Below, in pieces: positions 52,999 through 64,000 of a DNA stretch of 64,000 bases. Where the stretch lies: positions 1,859,718-1,923,717 of the forward strand of contig NW_003314286.1 in assembly GCF_000143415.4 (NCBI RefSeq), in the 5' to 3' direction. This DNA comes from Selaginella moellendorffii (Eukaryota; Plantae; Lycopodiophyta). Positions within the stretch are counted from its first letter, which is position 1; each line of letters begins with the position of its first letter. Below the pieces are notes generated by a model. The model was not told the origin of the DNA. It made no database searches and was given only the letters and a program-made list of their open reading frames with translations. Position numbers and translations under genes: made by a program.

Positions 52999-55353
52999 AT
53001 GCTTAAGAGGGAGAGTGGTGTCTTGCTTGATGCAGCCGATAGGGCAAAGATAGGCGGCGGTGGTGGGCGGAGGGTGAGTCCTATGGAGAGGCGAGGAAGT
53101 GAGAGTAAGGCCGCCGCCGCTCCTCTTGCTCCTCCTTCCCGCGTCAATGTGTTCGAGCGCCTCAAGGCTCTGGATAGGGAGAGAGAGAATCGAGAGGAGA
53201 GGGAGAGAGAGAGAGGGAGGCTCGAGAACGAGCAAGACCATGAACTTGTTACCCAGTATAAGGCAGCTCTTGGCGAGCTCACTTTCAATTCCAAGCCGAT
53301 TATTACTAACTTGACCATCATTGCTGGGGAAAACTTACATGCTGCTCGAGGCATAGCCAACGCGATCTGTTCTCACATCATGGAGGTATGTGGATTCCTC
53401 TCTTTCCTTTTTCTTTTCTTTCCTTTTCTTTGGTCCGTTTTGTTTCTAAAGTTTTGGTTTTCTTTCTTCTGTTTGGCTGTAGGTGGCCAAGGAGCAAAAG
53501 CTGCCTGCGTTGTATCTCCTGGATAGCATTGTGAAGAACATCGGACGTGACTACGTGCAGTACTTTGGCGAGCGCCTAGCGGAGGTATGCAAAGGATTTT
53601 GTTTAGTCGACGCTCTGTTTTGACAGTCCTGGGTGGACGGCAGGTCTTTTGCAAGTGCTACAGGCAAGTCGACCCGACGACTTACCCTGCAATGCAGCAT
53701 CTCTTCAAGACTTGGCGTGGTGTTTTCGGGCAAGCTCCTTTGCGAGCAATAGAAGTTGAACTGCATTTTTCTACAATAAATGGACCTTCTTTAAGATCTG
53801 TAGAATCGGTACCTCCTCGTACTGGGCATGGGATTCATGTAAATCCCAAGTACATCCTCGAAGCTCAAAAACAGCTCCAACAATCTAACAAGGTATTGTA
53901 GTGACTTTTATCTGTTGTTCTATCTAATCTTCTTGTGCAGGAGGTTCCAAGAAATGGCGACACTGGATTCCAGAAGCGGTGGCCCGAGAAGAATAGCAAG
54001 GGCGGCTCCTTGCCTTCACACGCGACTTCCAAGACAACAACAGGTTTGTGGAAGACCTCTGACAGAGGGGATGGAGGCTCAAACGACGAAGTCCGGAAGG
54101 CTGCTGTTTCCTCGCGTTTAACAGGCCGTGGACAGAACAAAAACAAGCGCTCGCTGGCCGATACGGGTTTTTCCGATACACCAGGAACCGAAAGACACGT
54201 GCAGTCACCACGGAGGGAGGTTGACGGACGACACTTCAAGGCTAAGGTTCGCTGTTGGATGTTTTTCCTTAACTTTACTGTTTTCCCTTTTTCTATTCGT
54301 GCAACTAACTAGAATTTGCAGGACGTCCTTGATCCAGCACCGCCACCACCACCACCACCGCCACCTTTGGCTCAGCTGCAGCAGAATCCTCCACTCCCAC
54401 CACAGTTTTCAGCTCTTCGACCACCTAATAATCAGTTCCAACATCCTCCCATGATGTCCCACTCGCTGCTGCCTCCAGCGGGGCCTCCCCTTCATCCGTT
54501 TGGCATGCCCGTCTCGGAACCCTTACCAGTTTCTAATACTTCTAGCCTGTTGTCCGCACTGTTCAAGACCGGTTTTATTCCTCCTGAGCCAGAGTCCCAA
54601 CTTCAGCCTGAGGCTCTACTACCGCCGCCGCCACCTCCACCTCCACTTCAATTTCCTCCTCCACTACCAATGTTTCCGGCTCCTGCACCACCGCTTGGGC
54701 CATCCGGTTCTGGACCTGGACCTGATGGAGGACTCGGGAATCTCTTGTCATCGCTCATCACACAAGGCCTCATATCGGCGAACAACACAGATGTTACAGG
54801 ACTGGGAGTGGAGTTCCGCCAGGAAATTCTCAGGGAGCGACATGACATCGTGATCAACTTGCTCTACTCGGACTTCCCGAGGCAATGCAAGACGTGCGGG
54901 CTTAGATTTAAGGGACAGGACGAGCACAGCAGGCATATGGACTGGCATGTAACTCGGAACAGGAGGCAAAAGTCGCAGAAGAAGTCCTCGAGAAGGTGGT
55001 TTGTGGGACTCAAGGAGTGGATTGGCGGCGTCAGTGCTACCGAGTGTGAAGCTAGCACGCCGCCGTTGTTCGCCGAGGAGGCGGAGGTTCGCAAGGTGGA
55101 GGAGGACCAAAACTTCGCAGTCCCGGCAGACGAGAACCAGAGCTCGTGTGCTCTGTGCGGGGAGCCATTCGAGGATTTCTACAGCGACGAGACGGACGAG
55201 TGGATGTACAGGGGAGCAGTGTATATGAACGTCCCTCCGGGAACTTCGACCGAGGGGATGGATAGGACGCTTTTGGGACCGATCGTTCATGCCAAGTGTA
55301 GGACGGAGAATGCTGCAGCAGCTGCTGCGGCTGCTGCTTCCTCCGGCCTTTGA
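52999..55353 (+). CDS. PCF11-like polyadenylation/cleavage factor (PCFS4-like)
   Basis: [28 protein letters not shown]|[17 protein letters not shown]; IHVNPKY; zinc fingers [14 protein letters not shown] and [27 protein letters not shown]. Confidence 0.93.
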
Positions 55354-56261
55354 CAATCGAAAGGTACTCGAGCTCTTACTCTCTCTCCCTTTTCGTTGTT
55401 CTAGTTATATTTCTAGGATGATTTTCTAGGATGATTGGAGAACTTACGTGGTTTGAGTGTCCAGGCCGGGGAGTTTCTTATTGGGATCGGGGAGAGGCCG
55501 GAGAGGAGAAATCCGTAACACAGGTGGGCTGGGTCGATTTGTAGAAACAACTGAGTAACATTTTTGGCTGTACAAGAGTGTAAAATGAGAGGACGAAAGA
55601 AAGAATTGATGTTTAATCGCCGGAAACAGCACAAAGTAGCTCTGTGTGGTTTCTTTCTAACGATCTTTGCTACTGGCTGGCCCCTCTCGCTAGATCTCTC
55701 TAAAGGTTCTACATGTTTTCTTTTCCTTGTTTATGGCAGATGATAATCAATAAACTAAGTGTTGAAAAGTTTCCCAGTTTCACTCCTATATAGCTCTAAG
55801 GTTCTCATTCGGTCAAATCTCTACGACTTATTTCACTCCCAGCGTAGCTTTTGACGTGTAGGCTGGAGAAAGTAATTGCCAAACAGTTACTGGCATCAAT
55901 TAACCAATCCAGACAAATGGACGCGGCATATTCGCATCATCGTCTATCTTCCTCTCCGCTGTTTGAGAGAAAAGGTTCTTGCTCGCTTTCTGGGGGTTTC
56001 TTTCACACCTTCTGTTCTTTTCATTCGCTCGGGCCTGCTTTGGGGCTGGAGGACCCTCATGAGTTTGGGCTGGATGCGTGCAAGGCAAAGTCATGAGCGT
56101 GCACACTCACCATACTTGCTTATAAGATTTGCATCGACTGGAGTGAGCGCTACTCATTCCTTTGTTGCGCTGGTATTCTTGAAGTGGCCAAGCAAAGAAT
56201 CCAGCGCGCGCTATTTAATCTTGTCCCCTGGAAGCAAGGAAGAGGGAATCAATCAGCAACA

Positions 56262-58194
56262 ATGAAGTGGTGTCTAGTACCTCTTGTCCTGCTGCTCCTC
56301 TTGAGCCCCGGCACCAATGCAGCGCAGCCGAGCGGCCGGATCAAGACGATAGTCGTGCTCGTCCAGGAGAACAGGTCCTTCGATCATATGCTCGGCTGGC
56401 TCAAGAAGCTCAACCCGGAGATCGACGGGTTGACAGGGAAGGAGAGCAACCCCACGAACTTAACCGACCCAAGCTCGGGGACGGTGTTTGTCTCGGACAA
56501 GGCCGAGTTCGTGGACCCCGATCCCGGCCACTCGTTCGGAGCCATCCGAGACCAGGTGTTCGGCTTCGGAAGTACTTCGCAGAATCCAGCACCCATGAAT
56601 GGCTTCGCCCAGCAGGCGGAGATCATCCAGAAAAACCTGTCGCAGAGAGTGATGAGCTCCTTCCGGCCCGAGCTCGTCCCGGCCTACACCGCCTTGGCTA
56701 TGGAGTTTGCTATCTGTGATAAGTGGTTTGCGTCGGTTCCAGCTTCCACCCAGCCAAACCGGCTCTACGTCCACTCCGCTACGTCCCACGGTGCTGTGAG
56801 CAACGTCAGGTCCGACCTTGTCAAAGGATTCCCGCAAAAAACGATCTTTGAGTCGATCGACCAAGACAAGCTGTCTTTCGGGATTTACTACCAGAACATC
56901 CCGGCCACCTTGTTCTACAGGCACGTCCTCGTTGTGGCTGCTATTCCTCTGCTCGTCTGTCCTGACTTCCATCTCTTTTCAGGAACCTGAGGAGCCCCAA
57001 GTATCTCGGGAAGTTCCACAACTACGGCCTCTTCAAGACGCATGCCAAGCAAGGCAAGCTCCCAAACTACGTCGTCGTCGAGCAGCGCTACTACGACACC
57101 AAGGCGACGCCCGCCAACGACGACCACCCCTCGCACGACGTTGCCGAGGGCCAGAAGTTCATCAAGGAGGTGTACGAGACCCTACGCTCCAGCCCCCAGT
57201 GGAACGAGACGCTGCTGGTGATAACTTACGACGAGCACGGTGGCTTCTTCGACCACGTTTCCACACCAATGGACAACGTTCCCAATCCAGACGGTCTCAG
57301 GGGTGGAGACGACGATCACTTCAACTTCGACAGGCTCGGTGTCCGCGTCCCAGCGATTTTCGTCTCTCCATGGATCGACAAAGGAACAGGTGAGTTCTTC
57401 CTGTTTCCTGTCCTTGTTCTGGGGACCCGCGGTCACCGTCCACCATTACTACTCGTACCTCCAGAGCTTCTTTTTTTCTTTTCCCTTTGTCTTTACTCCG
57501 TGACTTATGCGGCGTTCCTGCTGTGACTGTCACCCTACCCTGCCTTTATTCGTGGCATTTCCCGTGCCACTGATCCGGGTAGCTGGTTTGGCAGATCTGC
57601 TTGCGAAATGAACTCCTTGATTGCCTCCCATTAACTTACTAAGCGTGCTTGGCTTTGCAGTAATACACCGGCCAAACGGACCGACCAAGGATTCCCAGTA
57701 CGAGCATTCCTCCATTCCGGCCACTGTGAAGAAGATTTTCAATCTCACGCAACCTTTCCTGACGAAAAGAGACGCTTGGGCGGGGACCTTTGAGACTGTC
57801 TTGTCTTCCACGCGGACCACACCTCGAACGGACTGTCCTGGTAAAGTTTTGAGTTCCTTCTTGTCCGACCTCTGTCTGATCGATCCTGTAATCTCCAGTG
57901 ACGCTGCCGAGTTCGCCCTGGTCACTCCGGCATTCTCCTCCAAACGAAGAAGGGCGGCTGACGGAGTTCCAAGTGGAAATGGTGGGACTCGCATCGCAGC
58001 TTAATGGTGACTACGGAAAAAGTGGCTATCCAAATCTTGGTGCGTCGATGACAGTCAAATACGCGTCGGACTATGTGGATCGCGCCGTGGAAGGAATCAT
58101 GAGAGCTGGAAAGGTCGCACTTCAAAGTGGCGGGGATCCGAACGCATTGATAGAAGTGCTTCCCACCTCAGAATCTCGGAAAACTGGAACTTAA
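56262..58194 (+). CDS. NPC: Non-specific phospholipase C (phosphoesterase family) with signal peptide, 4 exons
   Basis: [64 protein letters not shown]. Confidence 0.95.
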
Positions 58195-58277
58195 AATTTT
58201 AGATTTGACTGAAGCAATATCGGAGATTTGCCTGTCGGTAAAAAAAAATTCATCATAGAATACAAAGATATTCAAAC

Positions 58278-59507
58278 TTACGACTTACCTCGATCTAAAA
58301 TCGAAGCTAAACCAGGTGGTGCTTGCGGGGCCGCCTTCTCCTTCTCTTTCGAGAGAACCCGGACAACAGTGTCGTGTCGGATTTCCAAAACTTCAGGAGC
58401 AGTGTTGGCGCAGCCACTCGACATTCCCACGTCAACTCGAAACACCTGGTTCCGACAAGCCGAGTTGATCCCGAAAGGAGCCTGGATCGTATGCCCGACT
58501 ACCATTCTACTCGCCCCTGTTATCCCCGTGAGAACCTCGTCTAGGAGCCTGCAGTCACACAAACTCTCCACTGGAATGGAGTACTGTCTAGCCCACACCA
58601 CAGCGTCCTTCCCTCGTAAGTAGCCTGGAGCTTGCCGGCCTTTCCGTCCTTGAATCCAATCCCTCACCTCGGCATTTATCTTCTCCAGTCCGTAGTCGAG
58701 GTGGGATGGTAGAATTCCTCCGTGAGCAAAGACGGTGCTTCCAACGATGAGTATAGTCGGGTGGTGAGCCAAGAAACGCGAAGAGATCGGGCCACCCGGT
58801 CGTAGAGCAGCATATCTAGCACGGACTCCATCGGGGATGCTCTTCCTCACGTTTTTAAACACGTCGGGTTGACGTCCCAATCCATGGCACCGTTCCTTGA
58901 GAGCCTGGCCACGCCTATACCACTGAGCCCATGCCGAGAACTCGTCCAGTGCCTCTTTGGTGGCGTAACGAAAGTCCCCCTCGATGTTCATCACCTCGTG
59001 GTTGCCATTCATGATGTGGAGATCGCCGCCGTGCCGCTGGGCCTCTCCTTTTAGTTTCTCCAGCAAGTAGAGCACCTTGAGCTCCTGGCCGCCTCGATCC
59101 AGCACGTCCCCTACCTGGACCACCACTGTTTTTCCCCCGATCCATCGATCATCCTCGTCCACGACGCCGGCGATGCGAAGCGATTCCCGGGTTTTGGCCA
59201 AGTCGCCGTGAATGTCCCCTATTGCGACTAACCTCTCCACTGCTGGGATTCTCGTGACGATGCCCATGCCGCTGTCGCCGCCGTGATTCCTAGCCTCGCC
59301 TCCCGCTCCAGCCGCTGGATGGAAAGAATTTGCGCTCGATTGAGCGTGCTTGCTGAGAATTTGCCCTCCAACTATGAAATCTACGAATGAATCCACGAAT
59401 GAAGAAACGGCATTGGAGACCTGGCCACAGAATTTGTCATCGCTGCTTGTGTCCGAGCGGCCAGGAGGAGGAGGAGGCGGCGGCGGCGCCTCCGCGAATG
59501 CCGGCAT
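58278..59507 (-). CDS. SLP2: Shewanella-like PPP protein phosphatase (SLP2-like), intronless
   Basis: GDIHGD, QVGDVLDRG, GNHEVMN, FAHGG, MVVGHT, RVDVGMS. Confidence 0.9.
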   Translation of the reverse strand: MPAFAEAPPPPPPPPGRSDTSSDDKFCGQVSNAVSSFVDSFVDFIVGGQILSKHAQSSANSFHPAAGAGGEARNHGGDSGMGIVTRIPAVERLVAIGDIHGDLAKTRESLRIAGVVDEDDRWIGGKTVVVQVGDVLDRGGQELKVLYLLEKLKGEAQRHGGDLHIMNGNHEVMNIEGDFRYATKEALDEFSAWAQWYRRGQALKERCHGLGRQPDVFKNVRKSIPDGVRARYAALRPGGPISSRFLAHHPTILIVGSTVFAHGGILPSHLDYGLEKINAEVRDWIQGRKGRQAPGYLRGKDAVVWARQYSIPVESLCDCRLLDEVLTGITGASRMVVGHTIQAPFGINSACRNQVFRVDVGMSSGCANTAPEVLEIRHDTVVRVLSKEKEKAAPQAPPGLASILDRGKS

Positions 59508-59624
59508 CTTACCGCCAAGATACCTAAGACAAAGAACCCTAAATTTTGAACCAGGCTAGGGCTTTGCAGATCGATTCTTGATTTTGATTTTGGTTTTGAT
59601 TTTGCGAGGAGCTCATCTGGCGTG

Positions 59625-60121
59625 GGGCGATTGACGAAGCAGCAAAGGAAGCAAATGATCAAAACGAAGAAGGGGTGAAAACAATGTGGAGAAAAAGGAG
59701 AAGTTCCAAATGGAAAACCTCTGTCCAAGAATGCACAGAAGAGGCCCACGAGAAGGAGAGGAAGAAGGAGCGCAAGGAGAAAAAATCGCAGGAACCGCGG
59801 AAGCTGCAATTCATAGGAGCAAGGAAGCCAGCCGCGCCCGTGCCGATGAAATCAAAAACTCAACAAGGCTGTCGAGGCTGGCCAGAACCTGGTGATCGAT
59901 TTCCAGTTAAGCGACCAGATGACTGACCAAACATGAGCCAACAAGTAGGTTCTCTCATCTCTTCTCATCTCTTTTCTTCGTCTAAGCATCTTTTCTTTCT
60001 TCCAGATCACGTATTGAGAAGGTACCCGGCTATCAAAACTGAATGGAAGTTTTCGCGACTAGTACGCAGGATCTGGTCTATCTCACGGCAGATTCGGCAA
60101 CAATACCGGAGAGACTCAAAG
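59625..60121 (+). pseudogene. tRNA m1G9 methyltransferase (TRM10-like) pseudogene fragment
   Basis: Motifs LSKNAQKR, KERKKERKEK, GQNLVIDF..DQM, intron then ITY*, and DLVYLTADS occur in order but in different frames, with deletions and stops. Confidence 0.7.
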
Positions 60122-61194
60122 GTAAGTGTCCTAGGGTTTTGATGTAGAAGAATCCGGAATCACTATTTGTGCTACAGGTATCGAGTACAGACGCTGGGGC
60201 GAAGGCAAAGAATCTTTTTGCCGTGACATGTGTTTGACTGGCCTTGACTGTAGGTAAGTGACAACCAAAGATCTTTCCACGCTGAGCACTACTCGAGTGG
60301 AATAGAATGCGAGCTGAGCAAGACGACCGCATAGCTGCCTCGGCCGAATTCCCTCGAGGAGGCGTTTGATCCGTGGCGACGCCATGATTCAAAGGCCGGA
60401 GATCTTTCTCTCCGCAGAGCGATATATATCGATCCATTTCCTCCCAAGTCTCGCTCGCACAAGTCCAGTGCATGAGGAGAATATTCCTCAAAGCAAGCTT
60501 TTCCGTGGCCATAAATGCAACGAGGCAGCGACCGGTGAGGTCTTGCGCTGTGGGTCGTACTGTGGCGACGGCCGTCGACAAGATCGGCCATAGCTGCGAT
60601 GTGGATCGCAGATGGACAGCGGTCCGGAAGAAGGTTTCTTGGGCGGCGCGGCAAGATCGTATTGTGCGGCCACAAGCACGCTCGGCATCTCCAAGTACGT
60701 GCCTCTCCTCAACCTCGTGCCTTTATTGGAGAAGGCAAGTTCCTTCGTCAAGCTTGTCAAGGCGGAAGAGATGCATGGGAGCTCCATGGCAAAACAAGCG
60801 GTGGGATCCAGTTGCCACAGCGGGAATCTTTGCGGGGGAGAGAGCCGCAGTCAGGTCTCAAGCTGGGTATTGGATTGCTATGAAGTCGGGATGATCGATC
60901 CGATCATTCATTTGTTGTGATTGAGTACTTGTCACAAGGGAGAACCATGCACGCGCCTTCTCTTTTTCGACGCATGTCAAATACCTCCTCACCGCACCAG
61001 GCTCAAATGAAGTGGAGGAAGGGAGCCAAGGAGCTTTATGGATGATCATATAGCTCAAAGGAAAGCACTCATACCACCCAAATTCGTGAGCTATCTCAAC
61101 TCAAGCCATGCATGGTATTGTTAGGTGAATCTCTTTCAAAAGATCTGGATGAGGCTTTTCAGATTTTTCTACATTCTGTATTAGATGTGACTGA

Positions 61195-62110
61195 CATGCT
61201 TAAGGGTTTTAATAATTAAGTTTGAAAATAGTTTTATTGTCAAGGTTCCTAATCAATAACAGAAAGACACATTATTACCTATTGAAAGTTCTTTTTATGA
61301 TTTGGCAAGAATGAACTTCTCTGTCCTAGAACTTTTTCAGTTTTTAATGTTACAAACTCTTTATATCAATAATAATTACCCGGATCTTTTTTATTTTGAC
61401 CAAAAGATTACTAGCCTCAAAAAGATTATTAACCTTCAAATTTTAATGTTTTTGCCGCTTTAGTTATATTTTTTAATAATTTATTCAATAATTTTAATTA
61501 CATTATTCAATAACTTTAGTTAACTAAAATGGATTACATTTTATGAATAATATTTTTAATACCACCTTTTCATTTTTCCTAAATTTATTAAATAAAAGAC
61601 TAACAATTTTTTAAATCTTTTTATATTTTGGATTGAATTTAATTAATGTGCATAAGGATTTTAATAGTTACATTGAAAATAATTTTATTATCAAAGGTTA
61701 TTAATTAGTAATAATACACTATTATGGACAGTATGTTCATTTCATAGTTTGGCAAAAAATATTTTTTTATTTGACATGTGTAATAACTCTTTAGTTTACA
61801 ATTTATTCATTTATTAATATAATGAGTTTTTTATATTAACATTGTTTAATAAATAATAGAGTATATTGTTTTATTTTTGCTTACTAACTTCAAAATTTAA
61901 GTTGCATACTCATTTTTAAATGTTTTAGCTACATGTTGTTTTAATTTATTTTACCTTTTTAGTTATATTATTCAATAGCTTTAGTTAAATTGTTCAATAG
62001 TTTGAATTACATTATTTAATAAATTTAGCTACATTATTATGCACTAAATAGATTCTTTTCAAAAATAATATATTTAATACTACCTTCAGCACTTTGTTAT
62101 ATTATTAATA
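61195..62110. repeat. Diverged tandem duplication of about 450 bp in very AT-rich DNA (probable old TE)
   Basis: TAAGG.TTTTAATA.TTA..TTGAAAATA.TTTTATT.TCAA at about 61201 and 61654, with later colinear blocks. Confidence 0.6.
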
Positions 62111-62440
62111 ACTAGAAGATATCACAAAATCTGAAATCCTTAATTAAGGAATAAAATTCAAGATAAAAAATTTAACTAAATTTTATGATAATTAATAAAA
62201 GACCAACAATAGTTTTCAAAAAACTGGAAATCTACTTGAAAATTTTATCTAATATAAATTTAAATAAAAATAAATGGAAATAGAAAATGCCTAAAGAGAT
62301 TGTAATAATAATTTTTATAAAAATGCTTCATATAAATAAGTAAACATGAAATAGTTATAATAGTATATTAATTATTTAAAATAGAATTTCACTTGATATT
62401 TAATATTGCCACAACTTACCTAATTAGAAATACACACTCA

Positions 62441-62441
<1 letters not shown>

Positions 62442-62482
<41 letters not shown>
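62442..62482. repeat. (TA)n(TG)n compound microsatellite
   Basis: Directly visible. Confidence 0.95.
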
Positions 62483-62488
<6 letters not shown>

Positions 62489-63663
62489 ATGTGAAAATAA
62501 TTTTAAAAGTATAAATAATTATATATACTTTTTAAAAATAGTTTATATTTCTGATAGATATACCATAAATCAATACTTGATATGTATCTAGATTATTTTT
62601 AAATTTAATATCATTAAAGTAGTTTTAATTTTAATCAAATTAATATTGTAAATTTTCATATGGTTACCTTCTCCATATTTTAATACAAGCAACTTTTACA
62701 TAAAAAATACTTCAGGATTATAATATTTAATAAATTATAATTTATCTATATTATACATTAAACTATCACTTACTTTAACTATATATAATACAGCTAATTG
62801 TAGGGCTTTTTCCAATAGGCATTACACCTTTTAACCTAATGCTTCTAACTTCAACAGTCTATTAAATTAACTTTTAAATTTTTGGTTTGTTTAATCAAAA
62901 CCTGTAGGGGTGGTAGTGAATATGCTTGGATATTCTTGGATATTCTACTATTTAACAGTTGTTTGTCATTAATTATAAACTTTCCTAAACACTTCCTCCT
63001 ATAAAATTATTTTAATTTTGATTTATAAGTTATAAACATGTTTATAATTATTGAGTAATTGGATTATTCAAAAATGCTAAATAAGAACGACATTGCTGCA
63101 TGCACTTTTTATTATGATTATATGTTTTATGTCCTTAATCATTAGTTTGAGAAAGATGTGCCCATGCACACAACATTAATGATGGCAATGAGACGAGCAA
63201 TTATTGTATTCTTATATCGAACAAAAGACATACTTTTCTTACCATGGTAAGCAATAAGTTCAAGCAAAATGACACTTTGAGGTCAATTTTGCAACTTACT
63301 CAAAGATTCTTCTAAAAGTAAAAAGCACAACTCAAATCTTATCAAAACTTCATCCAGCAACAGATAATTAGCCGCGGGGCTGGCTGAATTATCTGGCCCC
63401 GCGGCTAATCTTCACCATGAGCTCGTAGCAATGTCCTTCAAGATTGCGATGTTTATGGTCCACTTGTAAGATCAGCCTGCACAAGAGAGATAATGTGAGC
63501 AAAACCAGATCTTCTCCACAGACTGATGCTCTTACCGGGACGTGCAAGATGCGAGTTCCATTCAATCCTGTGACCATGGTTTTGGCTGAACATCCAATCA
63601 TCCCCGGATAGAACGGGGAAGGAATCATACAAGCTGGAAAGGTGGGACTTCAAACTGGCAGGG

Positions 63664-64000
63664 AGTGCTTCCCACCTCAGAATCTCGGAAACTGGAACTT
63701 AAAATTAGATTCGACTGAAGCAGTATCGGACGGAAAAAAAGCTCATCATAGAATACAAAGATATTCAAACTTACGACTTAACTCGATCTAAAATCGAAGC
63801 TAAACCAGGCAGTGCTTGCGGTGGCGCCTTCTCCTTCTCTTTCTCTTTCGAGAGAACCCGAAAATCAGTGCTGTGTCAGATTTCCAAAACTTCAGGAGCA
63901 GTGTTGGCTGGCGCAGCCACTCGACAGTCCTACGTCAACTCGAAACACCTGGTTCCTACAAGCAGAGTTGATCCCGAAAGGAGCTTGGATCGTGTGCCCG
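63664..64000 (-). pseudogene. Duplicate of 58155-58497 (NPC 3' tip plus SLP2 C-terminus); this SLP2 copy is frameshifted and continues beyond the window
   Basis: Near-identical colinear sequence; 4-bp TGGC duplication at 63909-63912 and a 6-bp insertion at about 63841. Confidence 0.85.

Noticed and set aside
58278-59507. Bacterial-like intronless phosphatase as a recent horizontal transfer
   Set aside because: SLP phosphatases are an ancient conserved plant family, and intronless SLP2 is expected
60140-60920. GC-rich gene-like fragment downstream of the TRM10 remnant
   Set aside because: Short ORFs in mixed frames with no identifiable motif; left unannotated

Overview
Gene-dense land-plant nuclear DNA. 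The GC-rich exons, 45-70 nt GT-AG introns and very short intergenic spacers resemble a compact non-seed-plant genome such as the lycophyte Selaginella (inferred from sequence style, not confirmed). Left block (1-17.7 kb): sn-2 GPAT, an uncharacterised plant protein, an F-box protein, HPPK-DHPS, a NIN-like protein, an ECA Ca2+-ATPase, a BTB-BACK protein and a GH17/X8 glucanase. Transposon island (about 19-40 kb): a decayed Ty3/gypsy chromovirus with a self-priming site and a PEG10-type -1 frameshift signal; a cluster of short LTR elements carrying a 5S-rRNA-promoter-like segment (Cassandra-like TRIMs); and a nested, recombined LTR family with 1.6-kb satellite-containing LTRs and an assembly gap. 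Right block (40-60 kb): MED7, a stellacyanin, a spliced apparently non-coding locus head-to-head with REC8/SYN1, a kinase, a GT4, SUGP1-like, PCF11-like, NPC, SLP2 and a TRM10 pseudogene. The window ends with AT-rich DNA and the start of a duplicated, frameshifted SLP2 copy. Family assignments come from recalled motifs; no database searches were run.
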